A program made the translations under genes and the position numbers. A DNA stretch of 64,000 nt from a virus, in IMG/VR virus record IMGVR_UViG_3300022602_000058, positions 1 to 64,000 of that record; one strand, 5' to 3'. This document shows positions 44,390-55,598 of the stretch, in pieces; the stretch's first letter is position 1; each line of letters opens with the position of its first letter. The notes beneath the pieces were generated by a model, which made no database searches, had not been told where the DNA came from, and saw only the letters and a list, made by a program, of their open reading frames with translations.

Positions 44390-44978
44390 GTAAATATCCT
44401 GCTGTATAAGAAGCAGGGTCCTTATGATTTACAGCCGGTGAAGCCGGAATCTTAGTATTAATGTTTTTAAGCTTTGTATCTGTTGGAGCTAACTTATTAT
44501 TACCAAGATCTGCTGTACGTGTACGAGCTGGTGAATAAAAAGGCACTTCTTCAGCTTCATCTTTAACTTCTTCAGGCTTAATCTTTATCTTGTTATCGTA
44601 CTTGTTTCTATTAGGTACTTCTTCAAGACCTGGAACGGTATCGATTTTATCAATCATACCGACGTGAACAATAGCTGTATTGAATATTCTACCACCGCCT
44701 ACATCGAGACCTACCTCAACTGTAAAGTCAGGACCTGTATCATCAGCATTACCAACACCCATAACCGCTGGATATTTGTTAATAACGTTTGTAACTCTAA
44801 GCGTACGACCATCCTTAATTATTTCTGAAAGATTCTTTACAAGCTCATCTGATTGGGTTGCAACAAAGGGATGCTTAAGAGCATCAGCCTTAAATTTGAT
44901 AATATCACCTTGTAAGAAACCACCGTGGTTATAACGAGTTAACCAGCTTTCATAGAGCTTTAAGAAACGCTTTTTCAT
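44379..44978 (-). CDS. Late-expressed hypothetical protein
   Basis: TAAATA at 44986-44991; N-terminus MKKRFLKLYES. Confidence 0.55.
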   Translation of the reverse strand: MKKRFLKLYESWLTRYNHGGFLQGDIIKFKADALKHPFVATQSDELVKNLSEIIKDGRTLRVTNVINKYPAVMGVGNADDTGPDFTVEVGLDVGGGRIFNTAIVHVGMIDKIDTVPGLEEVPNRNKYDNKIKIKPEEVKDEAEEVPFYSPARTRTADLGNNKLAPTDTKLKNINTKIPASPAVNHKDPASYTAGYLPKV

Positions 44979-45048
44979 GTAATATTATTTATTGTCCGAG
45001 GTGCAATAAACCAATCACTGAAACCTTTTAAAACAGATAAATATCTTT

Positions 45049-45561
45049 GTGGCTTCTATAAAATTAAACAGTTTAATACAAAGACCTACTAAATCTAATG
45101 CAGGCTATACGTATAACGATCTACATCTAGACTTTACACCTATTTTCAAAGACCCCCCTTTCGGTTCATATACACAAAATAATCAACTTTTTCATCCAAA
45201 AGAAATAGTAGATATAGTAGCTGATTATGACTTAGGGGCTATATCCAATTCTATTAGAAATCTATTTTTAACAATACCCGGTCAAAAAATTTTAAATCCT
45301 CTATTTGGTCTCAATCTCGTACAGTATGTATTTGATGCATGTACAGAGGAAATGGCTGGTGTTATTGGTAATGAGATAGTAGCGGGTATTACAACTTTTG
45401 AACCTAGGATATCTCTTACTAATGTAACAGTTATTGCCCAGCCTGATCAACAACAGTACAATATTACTATTTCTTTTACAGTACCTGCTATAGGTACAAC
45501 TAGCTTCTCACTAAATGGAGTATTAAGTACTTCTGGGTTCGTTTACATCAATACTCAATAA
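45049..45561 (+). CDS. gp25: Baseplate wedge subunit
   Basis: AISNSIRNLFLTIPGQKILNPLFG, FEPRI; TAAATA 5 nt upstream. Confidence 0.85.
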   Translation: MASIKLNSLIQRPTKSNAGYTYNDLHLDFTPIFKDPPFGSYTQNNQLFHPKEIVDIVADYDLGAISNSIRNLFLTIPGQKILNPLFGLNLVQYVFDACTEEMAGVIGNEIVAGITTFEPRISLTNVTVIAQPDQQQYNITISFTVPAIGTTSFSLNGVLSTSGFVYINTQ

Positions 45562-45567
45562 TAATAT

Positions 45568-47448
45568 ATGGCATCACCTAACAATAATCAGTTTAACGAT
45601 TTTAATTTACCTATTAACGGATACGCAGCATTTGATGCGTTAAGTTTAAAGAATCTTATTATCGCAAGACTTAATTCTACTAATGCATATACCGATCAAC
45701 GGTATGAAGGTAGTAATTTATCATCTATTATTGATATTATTGCTTATGCATACCACGTACTGCTCTTTTATCTAAACCGTACGAGTGCTGAAACGACACT
45801 TACAACAGCTGAACTCTACGAAAACGTTAATAAAATTGTTAAATTAATCGGATATAATCCTATCGGTTATCAAACAGCAATCCTACCATTTAAAGCAACA
45901 GCTAATACTAGTTTTGCACCAGGTACCTATACCATACCACGCTATGCATATTTTAATATTGGCAATATTACATATTCTTTTAATGCTGACGCTACCTTTA
46001 CATATAACAATCTAGCAAATAGCTCTGCTTCAATTACCGACTTACAAGATAAAATACTTCTTTATCAAGGTGTATATACAGAGTATCCAACATACTTTGC
46101 TACCGGTGCTCCATTTGAAGTACTCACACTTGCTATTGTAGATCCTAATAACCAAAATATTATTATTGATCACTTTAATATTGATGTATATGTAAAAGAT
46201 AGTTTAGATCCAAACGCTAAGTGGGTTCAATGGGCACCAACACAGTCATTATTTCTTGAACAATCTAATGCAACAAAATATGAAATTCGTTTAAATGAAA
46301 ACGGGCGTTATGAAATTAAATTTGGTAATAATGTAACAGGTAAACAACTCAATCCTAATACTCAAGTTGCTGTGTATTACATACAATCTGCTGGCACAAG
46401 AGGACAAGTTGGACCAAATACACTCAATAATAATCAATTATTTTTCTACAGTACTGCTAGATTTAATAGTATTTCTAACGACGTAATACCTGCAAACTTA
46501 AAGTCGAATATTATCTTACCAACACAATCAGCTAATATTAATTTTTCAAACACTGACCCTTCGACAAACTTTGTAGCCGCTGAAAATGTTGATAGTATAA
46601 AATTAAACGCAGCAAATACTTTTAGAAGTCTATATAGACTCATCACACCCGACGACTTTACAACTTATATTAATAAAAATTACAGTAATATAATTGTATC
46701 AACACAGGTAGTGAGTAACTGGGATTATATTAGCGGCCATTTAAAGTACTATTTTGATTTAGGTATTTCTACACCTAACGTACAATCACGTGTATTATAC
46801 AATCAAGTTAAATTTGCAGATTCAACAAACTTTAATAATGTTTATATTTATGCTGTACCGAAATTAACAAAAATTTCATCAACTTCTACAAGAGTAAATT
46901 ATCTTAATAACGCTCAAAAACAACTCATTACAAATGACTTACAGGGTGTTAAACTTACAACTGCCGAGCTAATTATTAACGATCCTGTATATGTAGAAGT
47001 CAGTCTTGGTGTAACTGTTCCAAATGTAGCGTTAGACCCATCATTCGGTAATAATACTAAACTAGTCATAACACGTGATATTGCATCAAATACTACTGTC
47101 TCATCAATTCAAAGTCAGGTATCTAATATCTTTCAAAATTATTTTGCTACAACAAATAATAACCTCGGTCTCTTTATCGATATTAATACACAATTAACAA
47201 ATGAGATTTTAGCTATTAATGGCGTTATAAGCGTAACTACACAATATACAGATCCAGAAGGTAATGTCTATACTGTACCAGGTGTAAGTTTATTAATTTA
47301 TAATCCGATTTACCCATACGATGATATTAACGTATATACACAAAACGTACAATTACCGTATTTTAAATTCCCATACTTGAAAGATACACTTAATTTTAGC
47401 AATAATATTAGCGTAATTACACCATCAATTCAGACACTGACTAATTAA
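45568..47448 (+). CDS. gp6: Baseplate wedge subunit
   Basis: YEGSNLSSIIDIIAY, VKLIGYNP, YEIKFGN, ENVDSIK..A...RLITPDDF. Confidence 0.85.
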   Translation: MASPNNNQFNDFNLPINGYAAFDALSLKNLIIARLNSTNAYTDQRYEGSNLSSIIDIIAYAYHVLLFYLNRTSAETTLTTAELYENVNKIVKLIGYNPIGYQTAILPFKATANTSFAPGTYTIPRYAYFNIGNITYSFNADATFTYNNLANSSASITDLQDKILLYQGVYTEYPTYFATGAPFEVLTLAIVDPNNQNIIIDHFNIDVYVKDSLDPNAKWVQWAPTQSLFLEQSNATKYEIRLNENGRYEIKFGNNVTGKQLNPNTQVAVYYIQSAGTRGQVGPNTLNNNQLFFYSTARFNSISNDVIPANLKSNIILPTQSANINFSNTDPSTNFVAAENVDSIKLNAANTFRSLYRLITPDDFTTYINKNYSNIIVSTQVVSNWDYISGHLKYYFDLGISTPNVQSRVLYNQVKFADSTNFNNVYIYAVPKLTKISSTSTRVNYLNNAQKQLITNDLQGVKLTTAELIINDPVYVEVSLGVTVPNVALDPSFGNNTKLVITRDIASNTTVSSIQSQVSNIFQNYFATTNNNLGLFIDINTQLTNEILAINGVISVTTQYTDPEGNVYTVPGVSLLIYNPIYPYDDINVYTQNVQLPYFKFPYLKDTLNFSNNISVITPSIQTLTN

Positions 47449-47453
47449 ATCTA

Positions 47454-50400
47454 ATGTCAACACAAAGTCTTAACTATACATACATATATTTTGACGTGCG
47501 TGATTACACGAACAGCAATGTTTTATCATCATACACCCTAGGCAATACACCGCTTACCTTTATACCTGATTTTACAACATCAAATATTCTATCTGGTGCA
47601 CAGAATATTTCAAGTAAAACGCTCCGTTGGGAGTTCGGTGACGGTGCATATTCAAACGAGTTGAGTCCAACCCATTATTATCAATGGCCTGGTGAGTATA
47701 ATGTTACATTAACAGTTTATGATGGCAGCGGCAACGCATATGATAGTACATTCAGTTCAACGGTGCAGATTTATGATTTTATCGCAACTCAAATTTCCTT
47801 TCAAGATTATAAGAGCTTAATCTATGATATACCTGTCGGGCAATTAATCGACCCTTTAATTATTAATGCATATTTTAGCTGGCAAAACTATCAAACATTA
47901 AGTGCGACAGGTTATACTATTAATCTCTACGCATCCGGTGCGAGGGGAGCTTATAATTATGTTACAAAAGAGCAAAACGATAAATGGGCACACCTTAGAA
48001 GTCTAAGTCGTTTTTATACACTATCAACTATTAACGGTAATCAGGGCTACGTTACGATAGAAAGTATACAACCAACAATAAAGCCAATTTACGTTAATAT
48101 ACAAAATAATCAGCTACAGCTTTGTAATTCTACAGATCCTGGAAGTATACTAGCTGGTGTTACCGGCTCATGTCAATTCTGGTATACAGATGATATACCT
48201 GCAAATCTATTAACCGAGAGTAACCCAATTATTATTTTTGCATCTATTGATAATTCTAAATTTGAAGATGCATTTACACAAAGAACTAACGTGTATGATT
48301 ACATTAGTTACCCGCCCTACGGTTATCAAAATATCGACCCTGCTGTATTTCCGGATATTAAAACTCGCTATAATCCAGCAAATCATCTATCAATCACTAC
48401 AACGGGTATTGACGGTGAGGGTAATTTGATACCACCGTTTTCAGACTTTAATATCCCATATAGCAGTTGGCAAGACACTGAAGTACCATATGTAATAAAA
48501 TTTAAAGATAATATTAATTTTACAACTAAAAATTATCCACCACTTTCATCATCAATAGCTAACCCTTCAATTGCCCCGCAACCTGCTTATGATGTACAAA
48601 CCGGTATTGTCTATGTAAGTGGTTATGGTATTGTACCATTAAGCAGTACAGTTTTAGTACCAGTGAGCGAGGTAACATTTTATGAGGATTTTCCTGCACA
48701 AGCACCACAGTCATTAGGAGCCTTTTATAAGGGATATTTTATAGCACAGCAATCAACAGAAAATTGTTATCTTACAGCTTCTGTCAATGTAATCGATCCA
48801 CCTTATTACAAGAAAGACGCTCTTGTCAACTGGATTACAATACCACAATATAATTCTGCCTTGCGAATTATCAAGCAAGAAAACTATAACGGATATAATA
48901 ATTTACTAACTGTTACCTTTACTAATAATTCACTATTTCCGACAAGTTCAAATAATACATACGCAATTACCGTTGCACCTTCCGGTATCAATGCAGCCAA
49001 TGATTATCAGACATGGTTTGCAGACCCTGTAAATGACCAGATATTAAAATATGATATATACGGTAATTTAGTGACATCATATTCATTATCATCAGCTATT
49101 ACACTAGTAAATAATCTAACAACAACACAAAATTTTCAAACACCAGCTTCAAATGGTATTCTACCTCATGCAACACCTAATGATATGGCTCTTGATGGTA
49201 ATAATAACTTATGGGTTACGTTATTTGACAGTGGTTCGGCAATTAAATTTGATGCATCAACAGGATATATAACCGCTATTGCAACGCCAAGTGGGTCAAT
49301 TACGACGACATCTAATTTCTTCCCTACGCTAGGTTCTGACTATAATAGTTTGAGCGGATTTGCTGGTGAAAGCCTATTATTACCATCTTCAATTGATACA
49401 GATATAGATAATAATATATGGGTTGCTTATACGCATCCAGATGCAAGCGCAATTGTAAAATACCAAGGCTCAAACAATCTTACTATAGCTGCTGCTCAGC
49501 TCACAGCCATACCATTTCCATCAGGTATTACACCGGAGCAACTACAAATTGATAGAAACGGTTATGTTTGGGCTACAGCAATTAATCACAATACTAACGG
49601 TGTAGGGTTTAATAATAGAAATGATTATCTCTATAAGTTTGATAGTAATGGCAATTTACTACCCGGGTACCCTTTAAGTGGTTTTAACCAAATTGGTAAT
49701 ATTACAATTGACGGAAATCAAAACGCTTGGGTCGTGCAAGGTGCTGAGACATTAACGAAAATCGATGGTGTCTCGGGTATAACAACCAATTATATTGCAG
49801 GACTTGGTAAAAACCAGACAAATTATATTTGCAGTGTTGGTGGTTTAACCTGCGATACATCAAATAATATTTGGGTCATTAATAATTTTGATAATAGAGT
49901 ATATGTTATTGATGCTAACTTACCATCAACAGGTGCACTTAATGCAAAGTATACAATACCTCTCAATTATCCTAACTCTACCTTACCACCTATAACATCT
50001 TATTCTTTTGATGCCGATACTTTAGCGTATTTTCAAACAGCTAATATTACAGATTCCGTAGCACAACAACAACTTGCATTCTTTATAGCAGGTGTAAAGC
50101 AGCTTGGACTTTGGAATAATCTTATTTGCTGGCCTTTAATAAGTACGCAGAATTCTAATACAGGTACAATATATAGTTTAGGTGGATATGGCTCGTATAA
50201 CGGTTATCTTGCAAGTTATAAAAATGGTCTATACACCACACCTACCTCTCTCCCTACATCCGGTCCAGGTGCAACAGTTTCAAGTGTACTAACTATAAGT
50301 GGTTTTACCACTACGACTGTCAATTCAGCGATGCTTGTAATACCTAATGCTGATATATTATCCGGTGATCCAATAACATCGGGTATTGTATATGAGGGTA

Positions 50401-51923
50401 TTGAACCTCTTTGGGCCGGTGGAGAGTTTTGGATGTATGGTAATACATACGGTAATACTGGTAATCCTAATGGCGGTGGTTGGTTTAGAGAATCAGGTGA
50501 TGTTGGTATTTTAAACCAGATGCATAATACCACAATGACAGACTCTATTACATCATTTACTTCTAGTGATGGTACATCACACGGTCAATTATTACTTTAT
50601 ACTAACGTAACACAAGGTACTAATTCGTATAATTTTAATAACGGTACATCTGATCGCATACAGCAAGTACCTGCATATCAATACCCACCTGCAACAGGCT
50701 CATATTCATATCAAGTAGGTCGATCGACCAGCACAGCTCTACCTGCAGCTACAGGTAGAGCAGCATTCCATTATGTTGTTAAAAATACCGCGTTAACAAG
50801 CGGTCAAGTAGCTGCATTATATGCTCTTTATATTACAACACTTGGTAGTAATTTAAAGAATTTTGGTACACCGCAAAGTTATAGTACTAATACACCACTT
50901 GTAACAAGTTTTACACCCACTACAATTCCCCCTAATCAATATAGCGACGGATTACAAGAATTTCAAGCTTACGGGGACTGGAATGGATATAATTGGTTAA
51001 ACAAATATGCTTCACCTATCAGTACATTTCGTACTATTACCGGTGCATCAAATTTGTTCAATATATACCCGGCAACAGGGCAATTCAACATTGCAAAAAT
51101 AAATGAAAATTGGAATGCATCTGGTTATTATGACTCATTACGCTTTCAAGAAACACTCTTAGATAAACAGGTCTTTTTTGATCAATTCTTAGGTGTCATT
51201 CTCGGTAATATGGACGCACAGCCTTATGAACTCGGTAAAACAGTTTATGAAAAGATAGCTAACTTTGTTGATAATAACGCTGACATTGATAAGGTCAACA
51301 TCAACGAATTATTTTCATTCTGCACTGAATTATCAATAGAATTTGACCAATACAATGTTGTGTTCCCACCACAGTTACGTCGTCTTGTTGACCTTCTATC
51401 TATTAAACAGAGTAAGCTATGGGGTACAACTAATAAGTACGGTACAAACTTTGATGCACGGGGTACAATATTTCCAAATAATACATACGGTATTAATTTA
51501 AGCTCTATTATTGATCCTCTCACCGGTACATTTATAAACGGAGTACCGATTGTAGCGCAAGAAACATTCTCCGGTAACTATAAAGTTGTTAATACTAATC
51601 TTATCAATGATTATAATATCGGTGATAGTATACCACTTTCCGCCTATACACCTAATTGGGGTTGGGGGTTGGTAGCACCTGATATTACAGGTTATCAAAT
51701 TAACAATTATTATAGTTTCTACGTATATAACCCTGTATATAGTGATACACATTATGACAATATAATTGATTGGAATGACCCGTATACTACCCTCGCACCA
51801 ACTAATAGCGCCTACGCAGATTGGAGTTCTGATAACGGTATAGTACAGAGTTTGCTTAGCTATGAGATAACTAAAGGATTCCGGTTATTTACTTCGGCAG
51901 CTAACATTACATACAACAACTAA
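47454..51923 (+). CDS. Large virion protein (PKD domain, beta-propeller repeats, inserted module), possibly gp7-like
   Basis: WEFGDG...PTHYY..PGEYNVTLTV PKD motif; repeated D.NNN.WV propeller blades; follows gene 6. Confidence 0.6.
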   Translation: MSTQSLNYTYIYFDVRDYTNSNVLSSYTLGNTPLTFIPDFTTSNILSGAQNISSKTLRWEFGDGAYSNELSPTHYYQWPGEYNVTLTVYDGSGNAYDSTFSSTVQIYDFIATQISFQDYKSLIYDIPVGQLIDPLIINAYFSWQNYQTLSATGYTINLYASGARGAYNYVTKEQNDKWAHLRSLSRFYTLSTINGNQGYVTIESIQPTIKPIYVNIQNNQLQLCNSTDPGSILAGVTGSCQFWYTDDIPANLLTESNPIIIFASIDNSKFEDAFTQRTNVYDYISYPPYGYQNIDPAVFPDIKTRYNPANHLSITTTGIDGEGNLIPPFSDFNIPYSSWQDTEVPYVIKFKDNINFTTKNYPPLSSSIANPSIAPQPAYDVQTGIVYVSGYGIVPLSSTVLVPVSEVTFYEDFPAQAPQSLGAFYKGYFIAQQSTENCYLTASVNVIDPPYYKKDALVNWITIPQYNSALRIIKQENYNGYNNLLTVTFTNNSLFPTSSNNTYAITVAPSGINAANDYQTWFADPVNDQILKYDIYGNLVTSYSLSSAITLVNNLTTTQNFQTPASNGILPHATPNDMALDGNNNLWVTLFDSGSAIKFDASTGYITAIATPSGSITTTSNFFPTLGSDYNSLSGFAGESLLLPSSIDTDIDNNIWVAYTHPDASAIVKYQGSNNLTIAAAQLTAIPFPSGITPEQLQIDRNGYVWATAINHNTNGVGFNNRNDYLYKFDSNGNLLPGYPLSGFNQIGNITIDGNQNAWVVQGAETLTKIDGVSGITTNYIAGLGKNQTNYICSVGGLTCDTSNNIWVINNFDNRVYVIDANLPSTGALNAKYTIPLNYPNSTLPPITSYSFDADTLAYFQTANITDSVAQQQLAFFIAGVKQLGLWNNLICWPLISTQNSNTGTIYSLGGYGSYNGYLASYKNGLYTTPTSLPTSGPGATVSSVLTISGFTTTTVNSAMLVIPNADILSGDPITSGIVYEGIEPLWAGGEFWMYGNTYGNTGNPNGGGWFRESGDVGILNQMHNTTMTDSITSFTSSDGTSHGQLLLYTNVTQGTNSYNFNNGTSDRIQQVPAYQYPPATGSYSYQVGRSTSTALPAATGRAAFHYVVKNTALTSGQVAALYALYITTLGSNLKNFGTPQSYSTNTPLVTSFTPTTIPPNQYSDGLQEFQAYGDWNGYNWLNKYASPISTFRTITGASNLFNIYPATGQFNIAKINENWNASGYYDSLRFQETLLDKQVFFDQFLGVILGNMDAQPYELGKTVYEKIANFVDNNADIDKVNINELFSFCTELSIEFDQYNVVFPPQLRRLVDLLSIKQSKLWGTTNKYGTNFDARGTIFPNNTYGINLSSIIDPLTGTFINGVPIVAQETFSGNYKVVNTNLINDYNIGDSIPLSAYTPNWGWGLVAPDITGYQINNYYSFYVYNPVYSDTHYDNIIDWNDPYTTLAPTNSAYADWSSDNGIVQSLLSYEITKGFRLFTSAANITYNN

Positions 51924-51940
51924 TTTAGCTAAATATTTCC

Positions 51941-54900
51941 ATGGCCGAGACCTTACAATTTATAGATGAAAGACTCAGCAATTCGATTACCGCTATTGTA
52001 CCGACTGATAAGCCTGTAGATAGATTACAACCGCTAACATTTACCGATTGGTTGTCATATAATACAAAGCTATTTACAACAACTAATGAATTTTTAAATA
52101 GATATCAATCTTATCTCAATAATTGGTATGCAGCAAAAGGAGCTAATGTAAAACAGGCATCTGCCGGAATACAAACATACTACACTAATTTAATAAACGA
52201 AATTGTTATTAGTTACACATCTGCAGACGAGCAGCGTTACTTACAAAATATTGATGTAACAAATCCACGAGATCTCGCTATCGTTGTACCTTTTATATCA
52301 CAGAAGATTAAGGATATTTGCATATATTATAGTAATCTACGTGACGACGTTAAAACAGCGTCAACGCAGTATAACTTAAAAGGTTCAAATATCGGTATAG
52401 AGAACTTACTATATGTTAACATTATAAAGGCGCTTAAAACGCAGAATTTAAGTACCACTCTTAATACGTTAAATCTTTCTCTTTCTACTATCAGTAATAA
52501 TCTCATTATAGACATCGAAGATCTATTTGATACATATACTGACTATTATGATATTAGCCCAACAGCACCCGCATCAGCGTACAACGTCAATAAAGGCGCT
52601 AGAAAGGATTATTTTAGTTTAAATCAAAACAATATTGACCCGTATCTGTATCTTAATATTAATCAGAGCGTATTAAATGCAATTCTTTCATATCCATTTT
52701 ATACAATTGAATTTGGTACCAATAACTTTACTATTGATCCTTTAGTAAACTCAAGCCAATTAAATTTTCTTAAAGATCGTGATTTTACTTCTACAGTTAA
52801 TGACGGTGATGTAAATAATCTTAATTTACAAATTCAGAGCCAGGAAATTACAAAGTATATTGGAGCTGATTTTTATTATATCGCGACAGGTAGTACACAG
52901 ACAGCCTATACTTCAGGTTTGCTCTTTAAATCAAATAGCGAGTACGCTAACGTTTTAAATAAACGATACCCAAGTATTGCTGCTGTACCTAGTGAGGAAT
53001 TTTTAAAAACAGGTAAAGAGATTGGTTTGTTTTTTAAACCAGATAAAATCGGTTTGATTAATTTTACAAATTTTAACTTTACTGCAACAATTGATCTAAC
53101 CAAGCTACAACCTAATACGGTATATTACTTCCCGGATCCATCAAAATATGGTAATATATCTGGCAATACTAAACTTGACTTTCAATCACCGGTAACGTTT
53201 TTTGAAAATAATTATTTCAATAAAATTGATTACTCTAATCAATATATGTTTGGTGATGTAGTAAGTGATCCGTATTATCAGACATTTCGTGCCTATCAAT
53301 CACGTGAACAAACTCTAAACTATTCTAATTTCGGTGTTCAACGATATACAGATTCACAAGATTTCTTTAAAGGAGATCAAGATGCAATATGGAGTAACGT
53401 TGACGTATATCCAATAACACCGTATGGTGAATATCCATTAAATGAGAGAACAGAGGCGTTATTACCGATTAATAAAACACTTGTTCAATATAAGAGTGAC
53501 GTATATGGTAATCAGTATGGTCTTTATAAATCAGCTGTTAATAAACAATTTGGCTCGATTGTACCTTCACATATTATTAATGATGTTGTATTTGATGGGT
53601 ATGTGTTTAATTTAACAGCAGTAGATATAAACTGGCCAGGTTGGTATAAAGCTAAAGGTAATGTTGAGAATGTTAAATATATGACGCTTGGCTCAACATT
53701 GAGCTATTCAGGTGTTGCGTTTAAAACAAGTATTACCGAATCAGTAGATACTACTTACGGTACACCTATTACATCAAACAATAATACAACATTTAATACA
53801 CTGTACGACTATTACGGTGAACTAATCTACAGTAATATATATGTTGATAATAACGGCTCATTTCTTGACGGTGGCGATGCAATCGTGCTAGAATCATATG
53901 ATTTTTCAACCAACGATACAACACATAATGGGTTTGGCGGGTATTTAGCCACATATACCTGTAGTATAAGAGATGCGGAGTCATTTATTAGTCCGCTTAC
54001 AGCATTTCTTCCTGATTCACCAAGCGATCAAGCCGGCTTTAACATTGCTGATTCATCACTCTATTATAACACACTAGCAGATGCGTCACCGCAACCAAAT
54101 GGGCCTAACGCAGTTGCAACATTCTTAGATCAGGCTCATTTCTATACAAATAATACTACAAATAATTATATAACCGAAACATATGACTGTAATGTATTCA
54201 TTGATTCAAACAACGTTAACCCATGCCCAGTAGTCGGTGCATTAAGCGGTATACACGATACAATAATATATACATATTCATACACTGAGCCTACTAACTT
54301 CGAAAATATAAGACTATCAAATACTGATACAGTTTTAGATTTCTCTCTTACTGGTGTTAATACAACAAAGAATTCTATCTATTATACACGCAATGTAGAG
54401 TATGGTGATTTCTATTTTAGAAACGCAAGCAATACATTCATCGGACCAATTTCTTCATCTTTAAGTGCCGTATTTGTAAATTTCTCACCAGCTGTAAGTG
54501 CAGAGCTAACGAATAGTGTTATTAATTTTGACATGTACTATGATACACTACAAATAGAAACAGAAAACTATTTAGTGTTTAATAAGCTTGTTTATGATTT
54601 TGATACCAATCAAGTACTAGGCACAACAAATCTTTATTCAGTAATAGAACGTGGTGATTCACCTGAAGTAGAGAAATTCTCAACAGTTTGGTTGGATGAA
54701 AGAGAAAATACTCTTATTGCTGCTAAAACAACATTACTGCAAGGTAATTTAAGTGCTACTAATTACAAAGTAATCTACCCTACAATTTATAAGACTGATT
54801 TAGTAACAGGTCAAACAATTCAAGTATACCCTGCTAAACCAGCAAATACCTTAACGTTTGCCGAGCTCAGTGCTTTCTCTCTACTAGGTAAAAATCTCGA

Positions 54901-55228
54901 AGTTGAGATTGTACGAGTCGAGAAACCAACACTCAAATATAGTAACGATACGGATTACTACACATTAACATATCTAGGTAAGGACACAGCTAACTGCTTC
55001 TATATTATTACTATTCGCTTCCAGTATATACAGAATATAATTCAAAACTTAACATGTACCCTTCACAAGCCAGCCACAGACGTTTATAATATAACATTCG
55101 CTAATCAACTACCCAATGGTACACGTGTGGGTAGTCCATATTTTAACACATATACAGTTGCTGGATCTGCAACTGGGCGTATAGCTAATGACCAAACGTT
55201 TATTTGGGGATATAATGTTAATGCTTAA
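51941..55228 (+). CDS. Large virion structural protein
   Basis: 1095 aa, Asn/Thr/Tyr-rich, TAAATA 5 nt upstream. Confidence 0.55.
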   Translation: MAETLQFIDERLSNSITAIVPTDKPVDRLQPLTFTDWLSYNTKLFTTTNEFLNRYQSYLNNWYAAKGANVKQASAGIQTYYTNLINEIVISYTSADEQRYLQNIDVTNPRDLAIVVPFISQKIKDICIYYSNLRDDVKTASTQYNLKGSNIGIENLLYVNIIKALKTQNLSTTLNTLNLSLSTISNNLIIDIEDLFDTYTDYYDISPTAPASAYNVNKGARKDYFSLNQNNIDPYLYLNINQSVLNAILSYPFYTIEFGTNNFTIDPLVNSSQLNFLKDRDFTSTVNDGDVNNLNLQIQSQEITKYIGADFYYIATGSTQTAYTSGLLFKSNSEYANVLNKRYPSIAAVPSEEFLKTGKEIGLFFKPDKIGLINFTNFNFTATIDLTKLQPNTVYYFPDPSKYGNISGNTKLDFQSPVTFFENNYFNKIDYSNQYMFGDVVSDPYYQTFRAYQSREQTLNYSNFGVQRYTDSQDFFKGDQDAIWSNVDVYPITPYGEYPLNERTEALLPINKTLVQYKSDVYGNQYGLYKSAVNKQFGSIVPSHIINDVVFDGYVFNLTAVDINWPGWYKAKGNVENVKYMTLGSTLSYSGVAFKTSITESVDTTYGTPITSNNNTTFNTLYDYYGELIYSNIYVDNNGSFLDGGDAIVLESYDFSTNDTTHNGFGGYLATYTCSIRDAESFISPLTAFLPDSPSDQAGFNIADSSLYYNTLADASPQPNGPNAVATFLDQAHFYTNNTTNNYITETYDCNVFIDSNNVNPCPVVGALSGIHDTIIYTYSYTEPTNFENIRLSNTDTVLDFSLTGVNTTKNSIYYTRNVEYGDFYFRNASNTFIGPISSSLSAVFVNFSPAVSAELTNSVINFDMYYDTLQIETENYLVFNKLVYDFDTNQVLGTTNLYSVIERGDSPEVEKFSTVWLDERENTLIAAKTTLLQGNLSATNYKVIYPTIYKTDLVTGQTIQVYPAKPANTLTFAELSAFSLLGKNLEVEIVRVEKPTLKYSNDTDYYTLTYLGKDTANCFYIITIRFQYIQNIIQNLTCTLHKPATDVYNITFANQLPNGTRVGSPYFNTYTVAGSATGRIANDQTFIWGYNVNA

Positions 55229-55584
55229 TTAAGCGTAAGAAGATACTTGAGACGATTTAATTCACCTAGCATCTCGTCACGTATATTTAAAAGATCAGTA
55301 TCATTGACAGGATCAACCTCGTTTGTAATATCAATAAGATATCCAATATATTCATCAATAGCTAATAAAAAATTATCACTAAAATTTTCAAGCTCAATAG
55401 TATAATGGGTTGAAGCCTTAGCACGGCCATACTTACCCATAAAGGTCTCGACAAACTGATCAATTAACTCATCAAAATGCTCATACGCTTTATTAAAGGC
55501 CTTGTGTTGGGAGTAGCTAGTTGTTTGCCAATGAAAGATTCTTATTTGATTCTGTATTTTGAGAAAAGGCGTTATAAGTTTCAT
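55225..55584 (-). CDS. Ferritin/Dps-like four-helix protein (DUF5856-like)
   Basis: IFHWQTTSYSQHKAF, IDQFVETFMGKYGR, NIRDEML..LKYLLTL. Confidence 0.7.
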   Translation of the reverse strand: MKLITPFLKIQNQIRIFHWQTTSYSQHKAFNKAYEHFDELIDQFVETFMGKYGRAKASTHYTIELENFSDNFLLAIDEYIGYLIDITNEVDPVNDTDLLNIRDEMLGELNRLKYLLTLN

Positions 55585-55598
55585 TTTCTATATTTATA

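Noticed and set aside
47454-55228. Diversity-generating retroelement target in the large virion genes
   Set aside because: No reverse transcriptase and no TR/VR repeat pair with adenine-specific mismatches were seen.
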